64,000 nucleotides of DNA from a bacterium (GTDB taxonomy: Bacteria > Myxococcota > UBA727 > JAUIJE01): positions 12,115 to 76,114 of the forward strand of contig JAUIJE010000018.1 in NCBI GenBank assembly GCA_030431455.1, given 5' to 3'. The notes under the pieces were generated by a model. The model was not told the origin of the DNA, searched no databases, and was given only the letters and a program-made list of their open reading frames with translations. The position numbers were made by a program, and so were the translations under genes. This document shows, in pieces, positions 1 to 9,568 of the stretch (its first letter is position 1; each line of letters begins with the position of its first letter).

Positions 1-17
1 TGGTTAAGCTGGGTGGT

Positions 18-383
18 ATGGATTACTTCGACGCCGGCATAGGTCCGGCCGAGCCCGAGGAGGATTACGGGTCTGTCGACGAAGAGATCGAGGGCCCGAA
101 CCCTGTGGGAGGGGTGAAGCGACGACGACTGGTAATCGCAGTGGTCAGCGGCGAGCACATGGCCGATGAAGAGGTGGACGTCTGGAGCAGCGCCCTGTAT
201 GCGCCTCATCTCGGCGAGTTCTCGGTGTTGCTTGACGTCGATGTCACGAACGGGCCGGCGCACATCGCCGAGGCTCTGAAGCAGCTTGGGCGGGGACTGT
301 TCGGGGGCGAGTTGATGGAGAGTGCGGACTCACCGAACGCTGACGACGAACTCCCCCTCGCTGGCGAGCCACCGAAGGCGTAG
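18..383 (+). CDS. hypothetical acidic protein (121 aa)
   Basis: ATG-started ORF with mostly G/C third positions. No recognisable motif. Confidence 0.4.
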   Translation: MDYFDAGIGPAEPEEDYGSVDEEIEGPNPVGGVKRRRLVIAVVSGEHMADEEVDVWSSALYAPHLGEFSVLLDVDVTNGPAHIAEALKQLGRGLFGGELMESADSPNADDELPLAGEPPKA

Positions 384-632
384 CGCAGCCTGCACCTCGT
401 CCTCGGCCCAGCCGCAGATCTCTACGCGGCCGAGGGCCTGCCCGAGGGCGAGAGCGTCGCGTGCCGTCACCAGCGCGCCGTCCACGTCGTAGGCGCCAAG
501 GGGCGACGCCCCGCCCGCACCGAGCGGTTGCCAGCCTGCGCGGCGTGCATGCCACCGCAGGGTGGCCCAGAGATCTGCATCGAGCTCAAGCGCAACGGTC
601 GGTGCCGCCGAACGTAGGGTGACTGTGGGCAT
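330..632 (-). CDS. hypothetical protein (100 aa, internal ATG of the 358-aa track ORF)
   Basis: The MPTVTLRS... segment has protein-like composition and G/C-rich third positions. It overlaps the 3' end of 18..383 by 54 nt, so one of the two may be wrong. Confidence 0.25.
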   Translation of the reverse strand: MPTVTLRSAAPTVALELDADLWATLRWHARRAGWQPLGAGGASPLGAYDVDGALVTARDALALGQALGRVEICGWAEDEVQAALRLRWLASEGEFVVSVR

Positions 633-712
633 TGAAAAGTATCCGGGCGAAGCGTGGGCGAGTTGCATCTTGCCTACATGTGCACACGTCGTGCCCGGGA
701 GCGAGGTGTGGG

Positions 713-1042
713 ATGTGCAACTGCAATGAGGCGCGCGAGCTGCGGCAGCGCGTGGAGGATGGTGAGTTCGAGCGCGGCGAGATGCAGGCGCGCCTTGGCG
801 CGCTCGAGGATGCCGTGTCGCAATGGCGGGACGTCGTTGCGCGAGCGGGACGAGCCGAGCGTTCAAAGCCAAAAAGAGATGAGACAGCGGCCCATACGGC
901 GCAGCCGGATGGGGGAGGCGGCGCCCCGCGTCGTGCGTTAGGCGCAGCAGCTTCAGCGCCGCAGGTAGCGCACAGGCGCGCGGGGGTGGGCGAAGCCGGC
1001 ACCCCGCGAGGGATGGCCAAGGGGCAAGATCGAAGCGGTTGA
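713..1042 (+). CDS. hypothetical small protein with coiled-coil-like N-terminus
   Basis: ATG at 713 (MCNCNEARELRQRVEDGEFERGEMQARLGALEDAV...). Codon bias is good only in the first half. Confidence 0.2.
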   Translation: MCNCNEARELRQRVEDGEFERGEMQARLGALEDAVSQWRDVVARAGRAERSKPKRDETAAHTAQPDGGGGAPRRALGAAASAPQVAHRRAGVGEAGTPRGMAKGQDRSG

Positions 1043-1392
1043 GGGCACACGATCCGGAACGGGAAGGCCGTGGTGTGTGAAGTAGGAATAGCCCGGTGAT
1101 CCCAATCTGAAAATGGGGGTCCGTTTGGGCGAAAGTTCTCTTTTGTCCTCTTTTCTCCAGATGAGTCGTTTTTGTTCCACACCTGACAACGCGGGCTTTG
1201 GACAAAGCGGCGTAAGCCCCCGGAATCAGTGCGGGGACATAGTTGCGTAACTTTTGGGCAGGGTTTCTCGCTGGGACCCCCTCCCCCTTGTCCCGCCCTC
1301 GAAGAGCACAAACCGCCGCCCTCAAGGGCGCGCACAATTTTGGTGCTGAACGCCGTTTCCGACGGTGGAATGCGGCCCGGCAAGGCCGCGTG

Positions 1393-1755
1393 ATGCGATG
1401 TGGCATGTGCTACATCCCGCCAAAGCCCGCGCCCCGAAGGCCCCGGCCTCCAATGCCACGGCTTCCCCCGAATCCGAGGATCAGCGAAAGCGGACGGGTC
1501 TCGTACCCCTGCGACCTTTGCCGCGCTGACGCCGTCACCGAGGCACACGCGCTTTGCCGCGACTGCACCTCGTTCCTCAGGCTGGCCGCGGTGAGCGGCG
1601 GTGCCTCTGTCGGGTTCCGGCCAGCGTGGGGCCAAGAACCTGTTGCAGACCCGGCGCCCGCGCCGCGCATCGACGGCGGCACCATCAGCTCGGCACCCGT
1701 CCCACCTCGCCGGCCAGTGCCCCCGCCCGACCCCCACATCACACTCACGCGGTGA
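1393..1755 (+). CDS. hypothetical Cys-rich/Pro-rich small protein
   Basis: ATG at 1393. Paired CxxC-like cysteines (CDLCRADAVTEAHALCRDC). Ends 37 nt before the portal gene. Confidence 0.25.
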   Translation: MRCGMCYIPPKPAPRRPRPPMPRLPPNPRISESGRVSYPCDLCRADAVTEAHALCRDCTSFLRLAAVSGGASVGFRPAWGQEPVADPAPAPRIDGGTISSAPVPPRRPVPPPDPHITLTR

Positions 1756-1791
1756 CCCCCGCCGCAGCTTGGCCCCGCGCGACCTTGGGGC

Positions 1792-3144
1792 ATGGGCCTG
1801 CTCTCCGACATCGGTGACAGCATCACCCGGGCCTTCGGCATCGGGGGCGTCCCCGCCGACCTCGCGGCGGTGCTCGGCTATGAGCTGCAGGTCATCACCG
1901 GCGGCCGCCCCCCGCGTCGTGGCACCGGCGAACTCATCGAGGCCTACCGCAAGATGCCCTGGCTGCACGCGACCGTGCGCCGGCGCGCGGAGGCCGTCGG
2001 GGGCGTCGAGTGGGAGCTGTACCGCCGCGTGAAGGCCAAGCCGCCCCGCGGCCTGCGCTCCGGCGAACACGCCACCCGCTCCAAAGCCATCGGGCTCGGC
2101 CTACAGGCGGGCACGCTCGAGCGCGTTCACGAGCACCCGCTGCTCGACCTGCTCGCGCGCCCGAACCCCGCGATGACCGGTCGCAGCTTTTGGGAGCTCA
2201 CGAACAAACACCAGGACCTCGTCGGCGAGTCGTTCTGGGCGATGGACTCCGACGACCGCGGCCGCCGTGTGCTCTGGGCGGTGCCCCCGTCGCAGGTGCT
2301 CAACACCCCGACGATGCGCGACCCCGTCTACCAAGTACGCACCGCCGAGGGCACGCTGCGCATCCCCGCCGGCGACATGATCTGGATTCGCCAGCACGAC
2401 CCGAACGACCCGTACCGTGGTCGGGGCACCGGCGTCGCCCAGGCCCTCACCGACGAGCTGCAGACGGACGAGTACTTCGCCGAGCTCGGCATGGCCTACG
2501 GCTATAACGGGTCGATGCCCGCCGCCCTCGTCGAGCTGCAGGGCGCCAAACAGGATCAGATCGACAAGTTCAAGGCGCTCTGGGACGCGAAGAATCGTGG
2601 GCCCCAGAAGGCCGGCCGCACCCACTTCACCAGCACCGCGTCGAAGGTGCACATGCTCGGCCGGAATATGGTGGAGAGCGACTACATCGCCGCCCGCCAG
2701 ATGTTCCGCGACTTCTGCCTGCAGGTGTTCGGGACGCCCCCCGAGATGCTCGGTGTCCTCGAGAACGCCAACCGGAGCACCATCGACGCGGCCGAGGTGC
2801 TGTTCGCCCGCTACTCCACGCTCCCCGCGCTCGAGCGCTACTGCTCTGAGCTCGAGTGCTGGGTGGTGCCCCACTTCGGGCGCGACCTTGTGCTCGGCTT
2901 CCCCAGCCCCGTCCCCGACGACGTCGAGGCTCAGCGCAAAATGATGGTCGCGCTCCCCGGCGCGTTCAAGGTCGACGAGATTCGCGCCCGCGCCGGCGAG
3001 GACCCGCTGCCTGATGGCCAGGGCCAGCAGCTCATGACCGCGCCCGGCGCACCCCGCATCCCCGTCGAGGAGACCCCACAGGGCGCCAAGCCTGGCCTCG
3101 TGCCGGTGTCCGATGACGACGACCCGAAGGAGATTGCCGCATGA
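1792..3144 (+). CDS. phage portal protein, HK97 family
   Basis: 450 aa. Position and sequence style fit HK97-type portals (PWLHATVRRRAEAVGGVEWELY, NPAMTGRSFWELTNKHQDLVGESFW, GTPPEMLGVLENANRSTIDAAEVLF). Confidence 0.85.
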   Translation: MGLLSDIGDSITRAFGIGGVPADLAAVLGYELQVITGGRPPRRGTGELIEAYRKMPWLHATVRRRAEAVGGVEWELYRRVKAKPPRGLRSGEHATRSKAIGLGLQAGTLERVHEHPLLDLLARPNPAMTGRSFWELTNKHQDLVGESFWAMDSDDRGRRVLWAVPPSQVLNTPTMRDPVYQVRTAEGTLRIPAGDMIWIRQHDPNDPYRGRGTGVAQALTDELQTDEYFAELGMAYGYNGSMPAALVELQGAKQDQIDKFKALWDAKNRGPQKAGRTHFTSTASKVHMLGRNMVESDYIAARQMFRDFCLQVFGTPPEMLGVLENANRSTIDAAEVLFARYSTLPALERYCSELECWVVPHFGRDLVLGFPSPVPDDVEAQRKMMVALPGAFKVDEIRARAGEDPLPDGQGQQLMTAPGAPRIPVEETPQGAKPGLVPVSDDDDPKEIAA

Positions 3145-3689
3145 GCCCCGAAGACAAACCGAAGTGGATCGGCCTCGCCGCCGTCCTCGTCGCCATCGCC
3201 GTCGTGCTCTCGCCGTTCAGTGCGTGCGCCGCGACCGCCGCCTGGCTCCGTGCGGACAGCGCCGCCGAGGCGCTGGCCATCGAGAACACCGCGCGCACCG
3301 AACAGGTCCGGCAGCTCGCCGCCATCGTCGAGAAGCAGACCGAGATCCTCGAGAAGCAGACTCAGGCGCTGGAGTCCATGGCCGACGGGATGTGCCCGCT
3401 GCTCTCGAATCCGGTGCGCATGATCTCGTGGCGGCAAACGGTCAGCGCCACCACGAGCACCCTCATCAGCCCCGACGCCGGCGTGACGAAGTTGCTCACG
3501 TGGGCGTGCAAGGACACGGCAACCGGCGGGGCCACGGCGTACGTTGGCAGCGCCGGCGTGACCAACAGCGACGGCGCCTCCGAGGATGCGGACAGCTATT
3601 TCGGCGGCGACGCATCGCAGGCCTACATCTACTTCACCTCGGGCCCGGTGACCCTGGAGTGCAAGGGCGGCGTTCGGGATGGGGCATAG
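3141..3689 (+). CDS. membrane-anchored coiled-coil protein (182 aa)
   Basis: ATGA start/stop overlap with portal. N-terminal TM helix (WIGLAAVLVAIAVVLSPF), then a heptad-like region (EQVRQLAAIVEKQTEILEKQTQALE). Confidence 0.6.
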   Translation: MSPEDKPKWIGLAAVLVAIAVVLSPFSACAATAAWLRADSAAEALAIENTARTEQVRQLAAIVEKQTEILEKQTQALESMADGMCPLLSNPVRMISWRQTVSATTSTLISPDAGVTKLLTWACKDTATGGATAYVGSAGVTNSDGASEDADSYFGGDASQAYIYFTSGPVTLECKGGVRDGA

Positions 3690-5862
3690 CATGCGGCTGC
3701 TCAGCAACATTGCTGGCGCGCTGTTCGCTGCCGGCGCTGCTTGCTTGACCGTGGGGCCCGCGGCGGCCGGCTCGCTTGAACCGGCGGTGAGCTCGCTCGA
3801 GCACGGGGCGCTCATGGGCGGGGTGCTTCAGCCTCGGAGCGGCGGCAGTGCTGCCCCGTTCTTCACCTACTACGACCGCAACTTCCGCGCCCAGGCAGCA
3901 AATGTCGGCACGTTGCCGACCTGTACCGCGGCAACCAGCTGCGTGATGCAGTGCTACGCAGAGACAGGCGACGCCTGGACCTGCGTGGATGAGACCGGCG
4001 GCGCCATGACCGTCACCGACGGCACCGGACAGGCGACCTACCTGTCGCCCTTTGGCTACGCGCTCGACGACACCACCGATGCCAGCGCCCCAACCCTCGA
4101 GCCACCACCCAGCGCCGTCAACAGCGCGCTCGCGCCGGGCAGCGCGTGGACCGTCGTGCTCACCGGCAACTCGGGCGAGGCCGGCGCGACGTCGTGGATG
4201 GGTTGGACGTTCGACGGCAGCACCGGGGACTACATCTGGATGCGCAACGTTGGAGCCGGCTTTCAATGCCGAGCCGGAGGCGTCATCCCGTCGGTCTCGC
4301 CCTCCGGCGCGTACCGCGGCCTCAAGGGTGGATGGGGTATGCACAGTTGCCGGTGGGATGGGGTCAATACTCTCACGGTGCGCGCCCACGGGACGCAAAC
4401 GTCGGCGACCGGGAGCTACACCGCCCCCGGGGGGACGCTCGTGCAGTACTTCGGATCGTCCTGGCTGACCCCCTACCCGGCCCGCGGAGGCATCCAGAGC
4501 GTGACCATTTTCGCCGAGGAGAAGACCGACACCGAGATGGCGCGGTACGAAACCGAGTGGTGGGGTGGGGTCTACGAAGCCGACGACGACCCGCTCGACA
4601 ACCCGCGGGCCGGTGAACAGTACGTCATCGCCAACGGGCGCGCCGAGCACTATCACCACAGCGTCGGCATCATGGACGCCACCAACGGCCTAAGCCTCGA
4701 CGGCGGCGGCAACGACGCCAATCCGGCGGGTTCCGGGTTCGCGGCAGACGCGCTCGACGTCACGACGTGGACCGATATCGGGTCACCCGTCGAGACAGCC
4801 AATGCCGCCGCGGGCCTGTTCGCCGACTGGAAAAAGGGAAGCGGCGGGACGGAAATGGCGCTTGTCGAGGACGACGACGGCGCGGTCGGCGAGGGGCACA
4901 GCGGAACACTGAACTGTGGCGACGCGGGCACCGAGACGGGTTGGTTTACGATGAGCTGCTACGCCGCGGCCGGCTCCATCGACCAAATGCGCGTGGGCAT
5001 CACCACCAACGGGACAATCACGTCGGGAGCGGCGGAGTGTTCGCACACCGGGCTCACCACCTACACGGGGCCCGGAGACGTCGAGCGCTACTCGTGCACG
5101 ATGGAAATCGGCGGCTCGCCAACGTCGACCAAAGGCTACTACCTCGTGGGCGATGACGACACAGATACTGGTACGCTCTACATCAATCAATGCCAATGCG
5201 AGCCCCGAGGGCACGCCAGTAACCCCAAGCCGATCCAAGTCAGCACCCGCGCGATTGCCGAAGACGCTTGGACCATCCACGCCGACGAAACGGCCACCTG
5301 GCCCGACGGTGTGACCGACGGCGGCGACGTCGAGGTGGTGTTCAAACTGCCCTACGCCTACCCGACCTATGCACAGTTCACCGAGTTGTTTCTTGACGTG
5401 CACAACAACGGGGCCGGGGCGGCGTCTTCTGACCATTCAATGTTTCTCACCCTGGCGTACACCACCAACGTTGACCCGCCGTCGCTCAAGCTCGCCACCC
5501 ACGACCCGGTTGTGGCCGGCGCTGATTGCCACGACGCGGGTGCCTCCGCCACCGACACGGAATGGACCATGGCCGGCGCCCTGTCGGCTGACACTTGGTA
5601 TGTGGCCCGCGGCGTCTACACGCCGGCCGGGACGTCGGGTGGCTACCCGGTAGTCACGCATCAGCTGTACTTCGACACCTGTAGCGACCCAGACACTTGC
5701 CACGCAACCACATTGCGGGCCACGGGGTCGGACAAGTGCGCCCCCAACGGGTCTTTTGACACGGCCTATTTTGGTCGTCGAATCGGGACCAACAACCGCC
5801 GCACCACCGGGCACATTGCGCGCTTCGGGGTGAGCGGCACCACGGCGGGGTACACCCCGTGA
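3679..5862 (+). CDS. exported 727-aa protein with LamG/jelly-roll-like features
   Basis: Signal-peptide-like N-terminus (LLSNIAGALFAAGAACLTVGPAAAG). The C-terminal end ...TGHIARFGVSG resembles LamG-type lectin folds. An alternative ATG lies at 3691. Confidence 0.65.
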   Translation: MGHSMRLLSNIAGALFAAGAACLTVGPAAAGSLEPAVSSLEHGALMGGVLQPRSGGSAAPFFTYYDRNFRAQAANVGTLPTCTAATSCVMQCYAETGDAWTCVDETGGAMTVTDGTGQATYLSPFGYALDDTTDASAPTLEPPPSAVNSALAPGSAWTVVLTGNSGEAGATSWMGWTFDGSTGDYIWMRNVGAGFQCRAGGVIPSVSPSGAYRGLKGGWGMHSCRWDGVNTLTVRAHGTQTSATGSYTAPGGTLVQYFGSSWLTPYPARGGIQSVTIFAEEKTDTEMARYETEWWGGVYEADDDPLDNPRAGEQYVIANGRAEHYHHSVGIMDATNGLSLDGGGNDANPAGSGFAADALDVTTWTDIGSPVETANAAAGLFADWKKGSGGTEMALVEDDDGAVGEGHSGTLNCGDAGTETGWFTMSCYAAAGSIDQMRVGITTNGTITSGAAECSHTGLTTYTGPGDVERYSCTMEIGGSPTSTKGYYLVGDDDTDTGTLYINQCQCEPRGHASNPKPIQVSTRAIAEDAWTIHADETATWPDGVTDGGDVEVVFKLPYAYPTYAQFTELFLDVHNNGAGAASSDHSMFLTLAYTTNVDPPSLKLATHDPVVAGADCHDAGASATDTEWTMAGALSADTWYVARGVYTPAGTSGGYPVVTHQLYFDTCSDPDTCHATTLRATGSDKCAPNGSFDTAYFGRRIGTNNRRTTGHIARFGVSGTTAGYTP

Positions 5863-6287
5863 GGCTGCTCGCGTTCGCCCTGCTACTCCTCGCCGGCTGC
5901 ACCGACCCCGTGCCTGGGTGGGATACCCGCATCGCCGGCGGCCTGCCAGGCGCCGACTCTCCCGCCGAGGTCGGCGCGATGCTCGACTGCATCTATGCCC
6001 CCTTCGCCTCGCCCCAGGTGCGCCATCTCCTCGACGAACAGGTCGTGACGTTCACGCCCTCGGTGTGGGACGGGTTCCGCGGCAAGAACATGGCCGGCCT
6101 GTGGAACGAGCTGCGCGACATCCGCGTGGCCACCAGCGGGGCGCAGTCCATCGGAGACACCGCGCTCGCCCACGAACTCACCCGCGTTGTGCACTACGCC
6201 ATCACCGGCCGCTCGCTCTCGTCGACCGACCACGCGCGCACGTACGTGGAGATCATCGATCACTGCAACCGGGAGGCGCGGCAATGA
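5859..6287 (+). CDS. phage-encoded lipoprotein (142 aa)
   Basis: GTGA overlap with the upstream gene. Lipobox LLLLAGC near the N-terminus. Confidence 0.6.
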   Translation: MRLLAFALLLLAGCTDPVPGWDTRIAGGLPGADSPAEVGAMLDCIYAPFASPQVRHLLDEQVVTFTPSVWDGFRGKNMAGLWNELRDIRVATSGAQSIGDTALAHELTRVVHYAITGRSLSSTDHARTYVEIIDHCNREARQ

Positions 6288-6598
6288 GCGAACCGAAGAA
6301 AGCGATCGTGCCCGACTGGTTGGCCAAGGTGATTCTCCCAACCATCCTCGGTGCCATGTCCACGGGCGTCGCCGGCTACTTCACGTTCCAGGCGGTGATC
6401 ACCGAACAAGTCGGGGCGCTGAAGGAGGACATCGTCGAGGTCCGCAGCGAGGTCCGCGCCAACACCCGCGCCATCGTCGACAACGCCAAGGACATCGCTC
6501 GCAGCGAAGAACGGCTCAACAGCAACTTGACCCGGGTGCTCGCTGACCTCGACTACATCCGCAAACGCGTTGACCGCATCGGCGGGGGGCGGCGATGA
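6284..6598 (+). CDS. single-pass membrane protein with coiled-coil ectodomain (104 aa, i-spanin-like topology)
   Basis: ATGA overlap at 6284. TM helix VILPTILGAMSTGVAGYFTF, then heptad-like VGALKEDIVEVRSEVRANTRAIVDNAKDIARSEERL. Confidence 0.55.
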   Translation: MSEPKKAIVPDWLAKVILPTILGAMSTGVAGYFTFQAVITEQVGALKEDIVEVRSEVRANTRAIVDNAKDIARSEERLNSNLTRVLADLDYIRKRVDRIGGGRR

Positions 6599-6822
6599 AC
6601 GTCACGAACGGCGTTTGGTACGTCGCCGGTCTCACCGCAGCCGGCATCACGTGGTGGGCCGCGGTTGCCTACTGTGAAAAGCGCGCGGCCCAGGCGGCGA
6701 CGGACGGCGTCGAGAACTGGGAAGACATCTACTGGGCGCGCATGTTGCGACGCCTTTCACGCAGCCGCTTCGCCGACTTGAAGCGGCGGATGGAGAACGA
6801 CAATGGCGACCCTGAAGATTGA
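6595..6822 (+). CDS. small single-TM protein (75 aa, holin-like architecture)
   Basis: ATGA overlap. TM helix VWYVAGLTAAGITWWAAVAY followed by a charged C-terminus. Confidence 0.5.
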   Translation: MNVTNGVWYVAGLTAAGITWWAAVAYCEKRAAQAATDGVENWEDIYWARMLRRLSRSRFADLKRRMENDNGDPED

Positions 6823-7081
6823 AGTCCCCCCCAACACCAAAGCCGCGCTCGTCGTCTTCGCTGGCGACGGCGACGGCGACGGCGTCCCCGGCATCACGTC
6901 GAAGGTGCTCGTCGATCTGCCGTTCGACGGAGACGACGACCTCGAAGAGGTGCTTTCGATCGAGGAGTTTGAGCCGGTGCAGCCGGCCACTCTCGGCGCC
7001 CTGGCGGCCGAAATCACCAAGCGCGCCGCGCCGCTGGTCGATGCGGCCGCGAAGCTCTGGGCCTCGCTTCCCCTCGGCTGA
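6803..7081 (+). CDS. small acidic protein (92 aa)
   Basis: ATG overlaps the upstream gene by 20 nt. Acidic composition (GDGDGDGVPG..., DGDDDLEEVLSIEEFE). Lies immediately upstream of the protease gene. Confidence 0.45.
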   Translation: MATLKIEVPPNTKAALVVFAGDGDGDGVPGITSKVLVDLPFDGDDDLEEVLSIEEFEPVQPATLGALAAEITKRAAPLVDAAAKLWASLPLG

Positions 7082-7114
7082 CGCCCCAGCTTGAGCGGCC
7101 CCTAGCGTCCGGGC

Positions 7115-7921
7115 ATGTACTTGACGCGACGGGCCGCCCAGGCCGCCATTCAGCAGCGCGAGGCCGACGGGGACATCCTCGACATCAGCCTCGTCCGGGT
7201 CACCGAGGCCCCCAGCCTGCGGCGCGACCCCTCCGACGACGAGCTCGCCAAAGCCCGTGAGGCGCTCGGCGACAAGGCCCTCGAGGGCGCCCGCGTCGTC
7301 CCCTTCGTCATCAGCACCGAGAAGCGCGCGAGCGATGGACACACCATCGCGGCCGAAGGTTGGGACCTCGAGCAGTACCGGAAGAACCCGGTGGTGCTCT
7401 GGGGCCATGAGACCTGGGCGCCGCGCATCGGTGACTCGGCCGTGTGGGTGGACACCGGCGACCCGGGCAAGCGCGTGCTGCGGGCCGCCGCCGTGTTCTT
7501 CCCCCGCGAGGTGTCGGAGCTCTCGCACACCCTCGGCGAAATCTCCGCTCTGCGCGGGCACGCCGCGTCCGTCGGCTTCCGCATCCTCGCGGCCAACCCC
7601 GCCGAGGAGGCGGTGCGCGACAAGCTGCCGTGGGCCCTCGACATCGTCTCCGCGCGCTTGCTCGAGTGGTCGCTCGTCAATGTCCCTGCGGACCCCGACG
7701 CCATCGCCGAGGCTCGCGAGCGTGGCATCGATACCCAGCCGCTGGCCCGGGCCCTCGACCGCCTGTGCGACCTCCTGAGCGCGCAGGACCGTCCCCCCGA
7801 CCTCGAGGCCGCCCGCGCGGCCGCCGCGCCCCAACAGGGCACCACGTTCGACCTCGGCGCATTCCGGGCGGGCCTCTCGGCTCAGCTTGGCGAGGTCGCA
7901 CAAAAGCTCACGGGCCGCTGA
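7115..7921 (+). CDS. HK97-family prohead protease
   Basis: GWDLEQYRKNPVVLWGHE and WSLVNVPADP are typical of peptidase U35/S78 prohead proteases. Lies directly upstream of the capsid gene. Confidence 0.85.
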   Translation: MYLTRRAAQAAIQQREADGDILDISLVRVTEAPSLRRDPSDDELAKAREALGDKALEGARVVPFVISTEKRASDGHTIAAEGWDLEQYRKNPVVLWGHETWAPRIGDSAVWVDTGDPGKRVLRAAAVFFPREVSELSHTLGEISALRGHAASVGFRILAANPAEEAVRDKLPWALDIVSARLLEWSLVNVPADPDAIAEARERGIDTQPLARALDRLCDLLSAQDRPPDLEAARAAAAPQQGTTFDLGAFRAGLSAQLGEVAQKLTGR

Positions 7922-7948
7922 CGGCCGGAACCCCTTGGAGGCCAGCAG

Positions 7949-9493
7949 ATGGATCCCAAAGAACTCGAAGAAATCCTCAAAGCCCTCCGGGGCGAACTCG
8001 GTGAATTCGGCAAGACCCTCCTCGAGGACCGCGAGAAGATGGTCGCGCGTCTTGACGAGATCGACGGGCGAATCAACGACCTGCCGTCTTCCGGTTCGGA
8101 TGGCCAACTCAAACACCGCTGGGGCAACCCGGTCGCCGCCATTGCCGCCGGCAACCCCCTGGCCGCCAACCCCGAGGGCACCGCCGAGGAAGCGGTCGAG
8201 GAGCTGCGCGAGCGCGTGTCGAAGGAGCGCTCCGGCCACTTCGTGATGATGCCCAACGGCACCTTCGTCCCGGTGCTGAAGCGGTTCAGCGCCATCCGTG
8301 GCTCGCAGGTTCCCGCCCAGCAGCGCAACGCGCTCATGGCCGTCCGTCAGATGCGCGCCCTCGCTCTCGCCGTCTCGCAGGGCCGCGAACCCAGCGCCGA
8401 GAGCGCCCTCGCCGCCGCCCGCGGATGGGGTGACCCCGAGCTCCTCGGCGCGCTCGAGCACGCCCGCGACATGGTTCGCGGTCTGCGCTCGGGAGACCGG
8501 GAGCAGCGCGAAGCCTCCGAGCGCGCGCTTGGCACCGCCACCCTCGGTTCGGGCGCCAGCTTCGTGCCCGGCGAGTACTTCGGCGAGGTCATCGACTACC
8601 TCCACGACATGTCCGTCGTCCGGAGCTCCGGGCCCAGCATCCTGCCGATGTCCCGAGGGTCGCTGACCATCCCGTTCGTCGACAGCGCGGCGCAGGCCAC
8701 CTACGTCGGTGAGAACGCCGGCAGCAACGCCACCACGCTCGGCGACGCCGTGTTGAAGCTCGTGCGCAAGAAGCTGCAAATCATCTTCCCGCTGAGCAAC
8801 GAACTGCTCGCCGAAGCCAGCTATGCGGTCGATGCCTTCGTGCTCCGGCACATGGGCTACGTCGCTGCGGCGCGCGAGGACCTCGCGTTCATCCGCGGCG
8901 ACAAGACCGAGCACACGCCCGGCGGAATGAAGTACTGGGCCGAGCAGTCCAGCGCGGGCGGCGATGCTCACAACTTCAACCGCACCCTCGACACCGGCGC
9001 GCCCACCGTCCAGACCATCACCAACGACCTCATCAAGGCGCTGCGCATCCTCGAGGACTCGAAGGTCCCACTGATGATGGTGACCTGGTTCATGAGCCCG
9101 CGGGACTTCTGGGGCCTGGTGGCCAAGCGCGGGACCTCCACCGACACCGAGGTGTTCGCCGAGATGCGCGGCGGGACCCTCTACGGCCAACCGGTCAAGC
9201 GCTCGACCCAAATCCCGAAGACCCTCGCCGGCGACGCGTCGGGCACCGGGACCGGGAACAAGTCCGAGGTCTACTGTGCGGCGATGGGCAACAATGTCAT
9301 TGCCGAGAGCGACGGCGCCGAAATCACCGCGCAGAACGGTGTGGCGTACAAGAACGCGAGCGGCGTCGTCACCGCAGGCTTCACCGAAGACCAGACCGTG
9401 ATGAAGATGAACCGCTACCACGACTTCGGCGACCTCTACCGGGGCGCGTCGAACGTGCTCATCGAGTCCGTCGACTGGGGCGCCACCGCGTAA
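7949..9493 (+). CDS. major capsid protein, HK97 family
   Basis: 514 aa. N-terminal coiled-coil delta-like domain (MDPKELEEILKALRGELGEFGKTLLEDREKMVARLDEIDGRINDL). Position after the protease. Confidence 0.85.
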   Translation: MDPKELEEILKALRGELGEFGKTLLEDREKMVARLDEIDGRINDLPSSGSDGQLKHRWGNPVAAIAAGNPLAANPEGTAEEAVEELRERVSKERSGHFVMMPNGTFVPVLKRFSAIRGSQVPAQQRNALMAVRQMRALALAVSQGREPSAESALAAARGWGDPELLGALEHARDMVRGLRSGDREQREASERALGTATLGSGASFVPGEYFGEVIDYLHDMSVVRSSGPSILPMSRGSLTIPFVDSAAQATYVGENAGSNATTLGDAVLKLVRKKLQIIFPLSNELLAEASYAVDAFVLRHMGYVAAAREDLAFIRGDKTEHTPGGMKYWAEQSSAGGDAHNFNRTLDTGAPTVQTITNDLIKALRILEDSKVPLMMVTWFMSPRDFWGLVAKRGTSTDTEVFAEMRGGTLYGQPVKRSTQIPKTLAGDASGTGTGNKSEVYCAAMGNNVIAESDGAEITAQNGVAYKNASGVVTAGFTEDQTVMKMNRYHDFGDLYRGASNVLIESVDWGATA

Positions 9494-9568
9494 CCAATCC
9501 CCCGGCCCGCCCGAAAGAGCGGGCCAGCTTTCCCCCTTTGAGAGGCGCCGGGCGCCGAGGAGATCACC

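Noticed and set aside
1245-1262. Possible attL core (CTTTTGGGCAGGG versus CTTTTGGCGGGGC at the tRNA 3' end)
   Set aside because: Only 7 contiguous identical bases, which is not distinguishable from chance.
586-2070. 494-aa minus-strand ORF (and 330..1406) upstream of and overlapping the portal start, considered as a possible terminase
   Set aside because: The composition is Arg/Pro/Ala/Gly-dominated. There is no Walker A or nuclease motif, and the strand is wrong for the late operon.
5859-6287. Metalloprotease motif in the phage lipoprotein (ALAHELTRVVH)
   Set aside because: The sequence is HExxR...H, not HExxH, and no third ligand context is recognisable.
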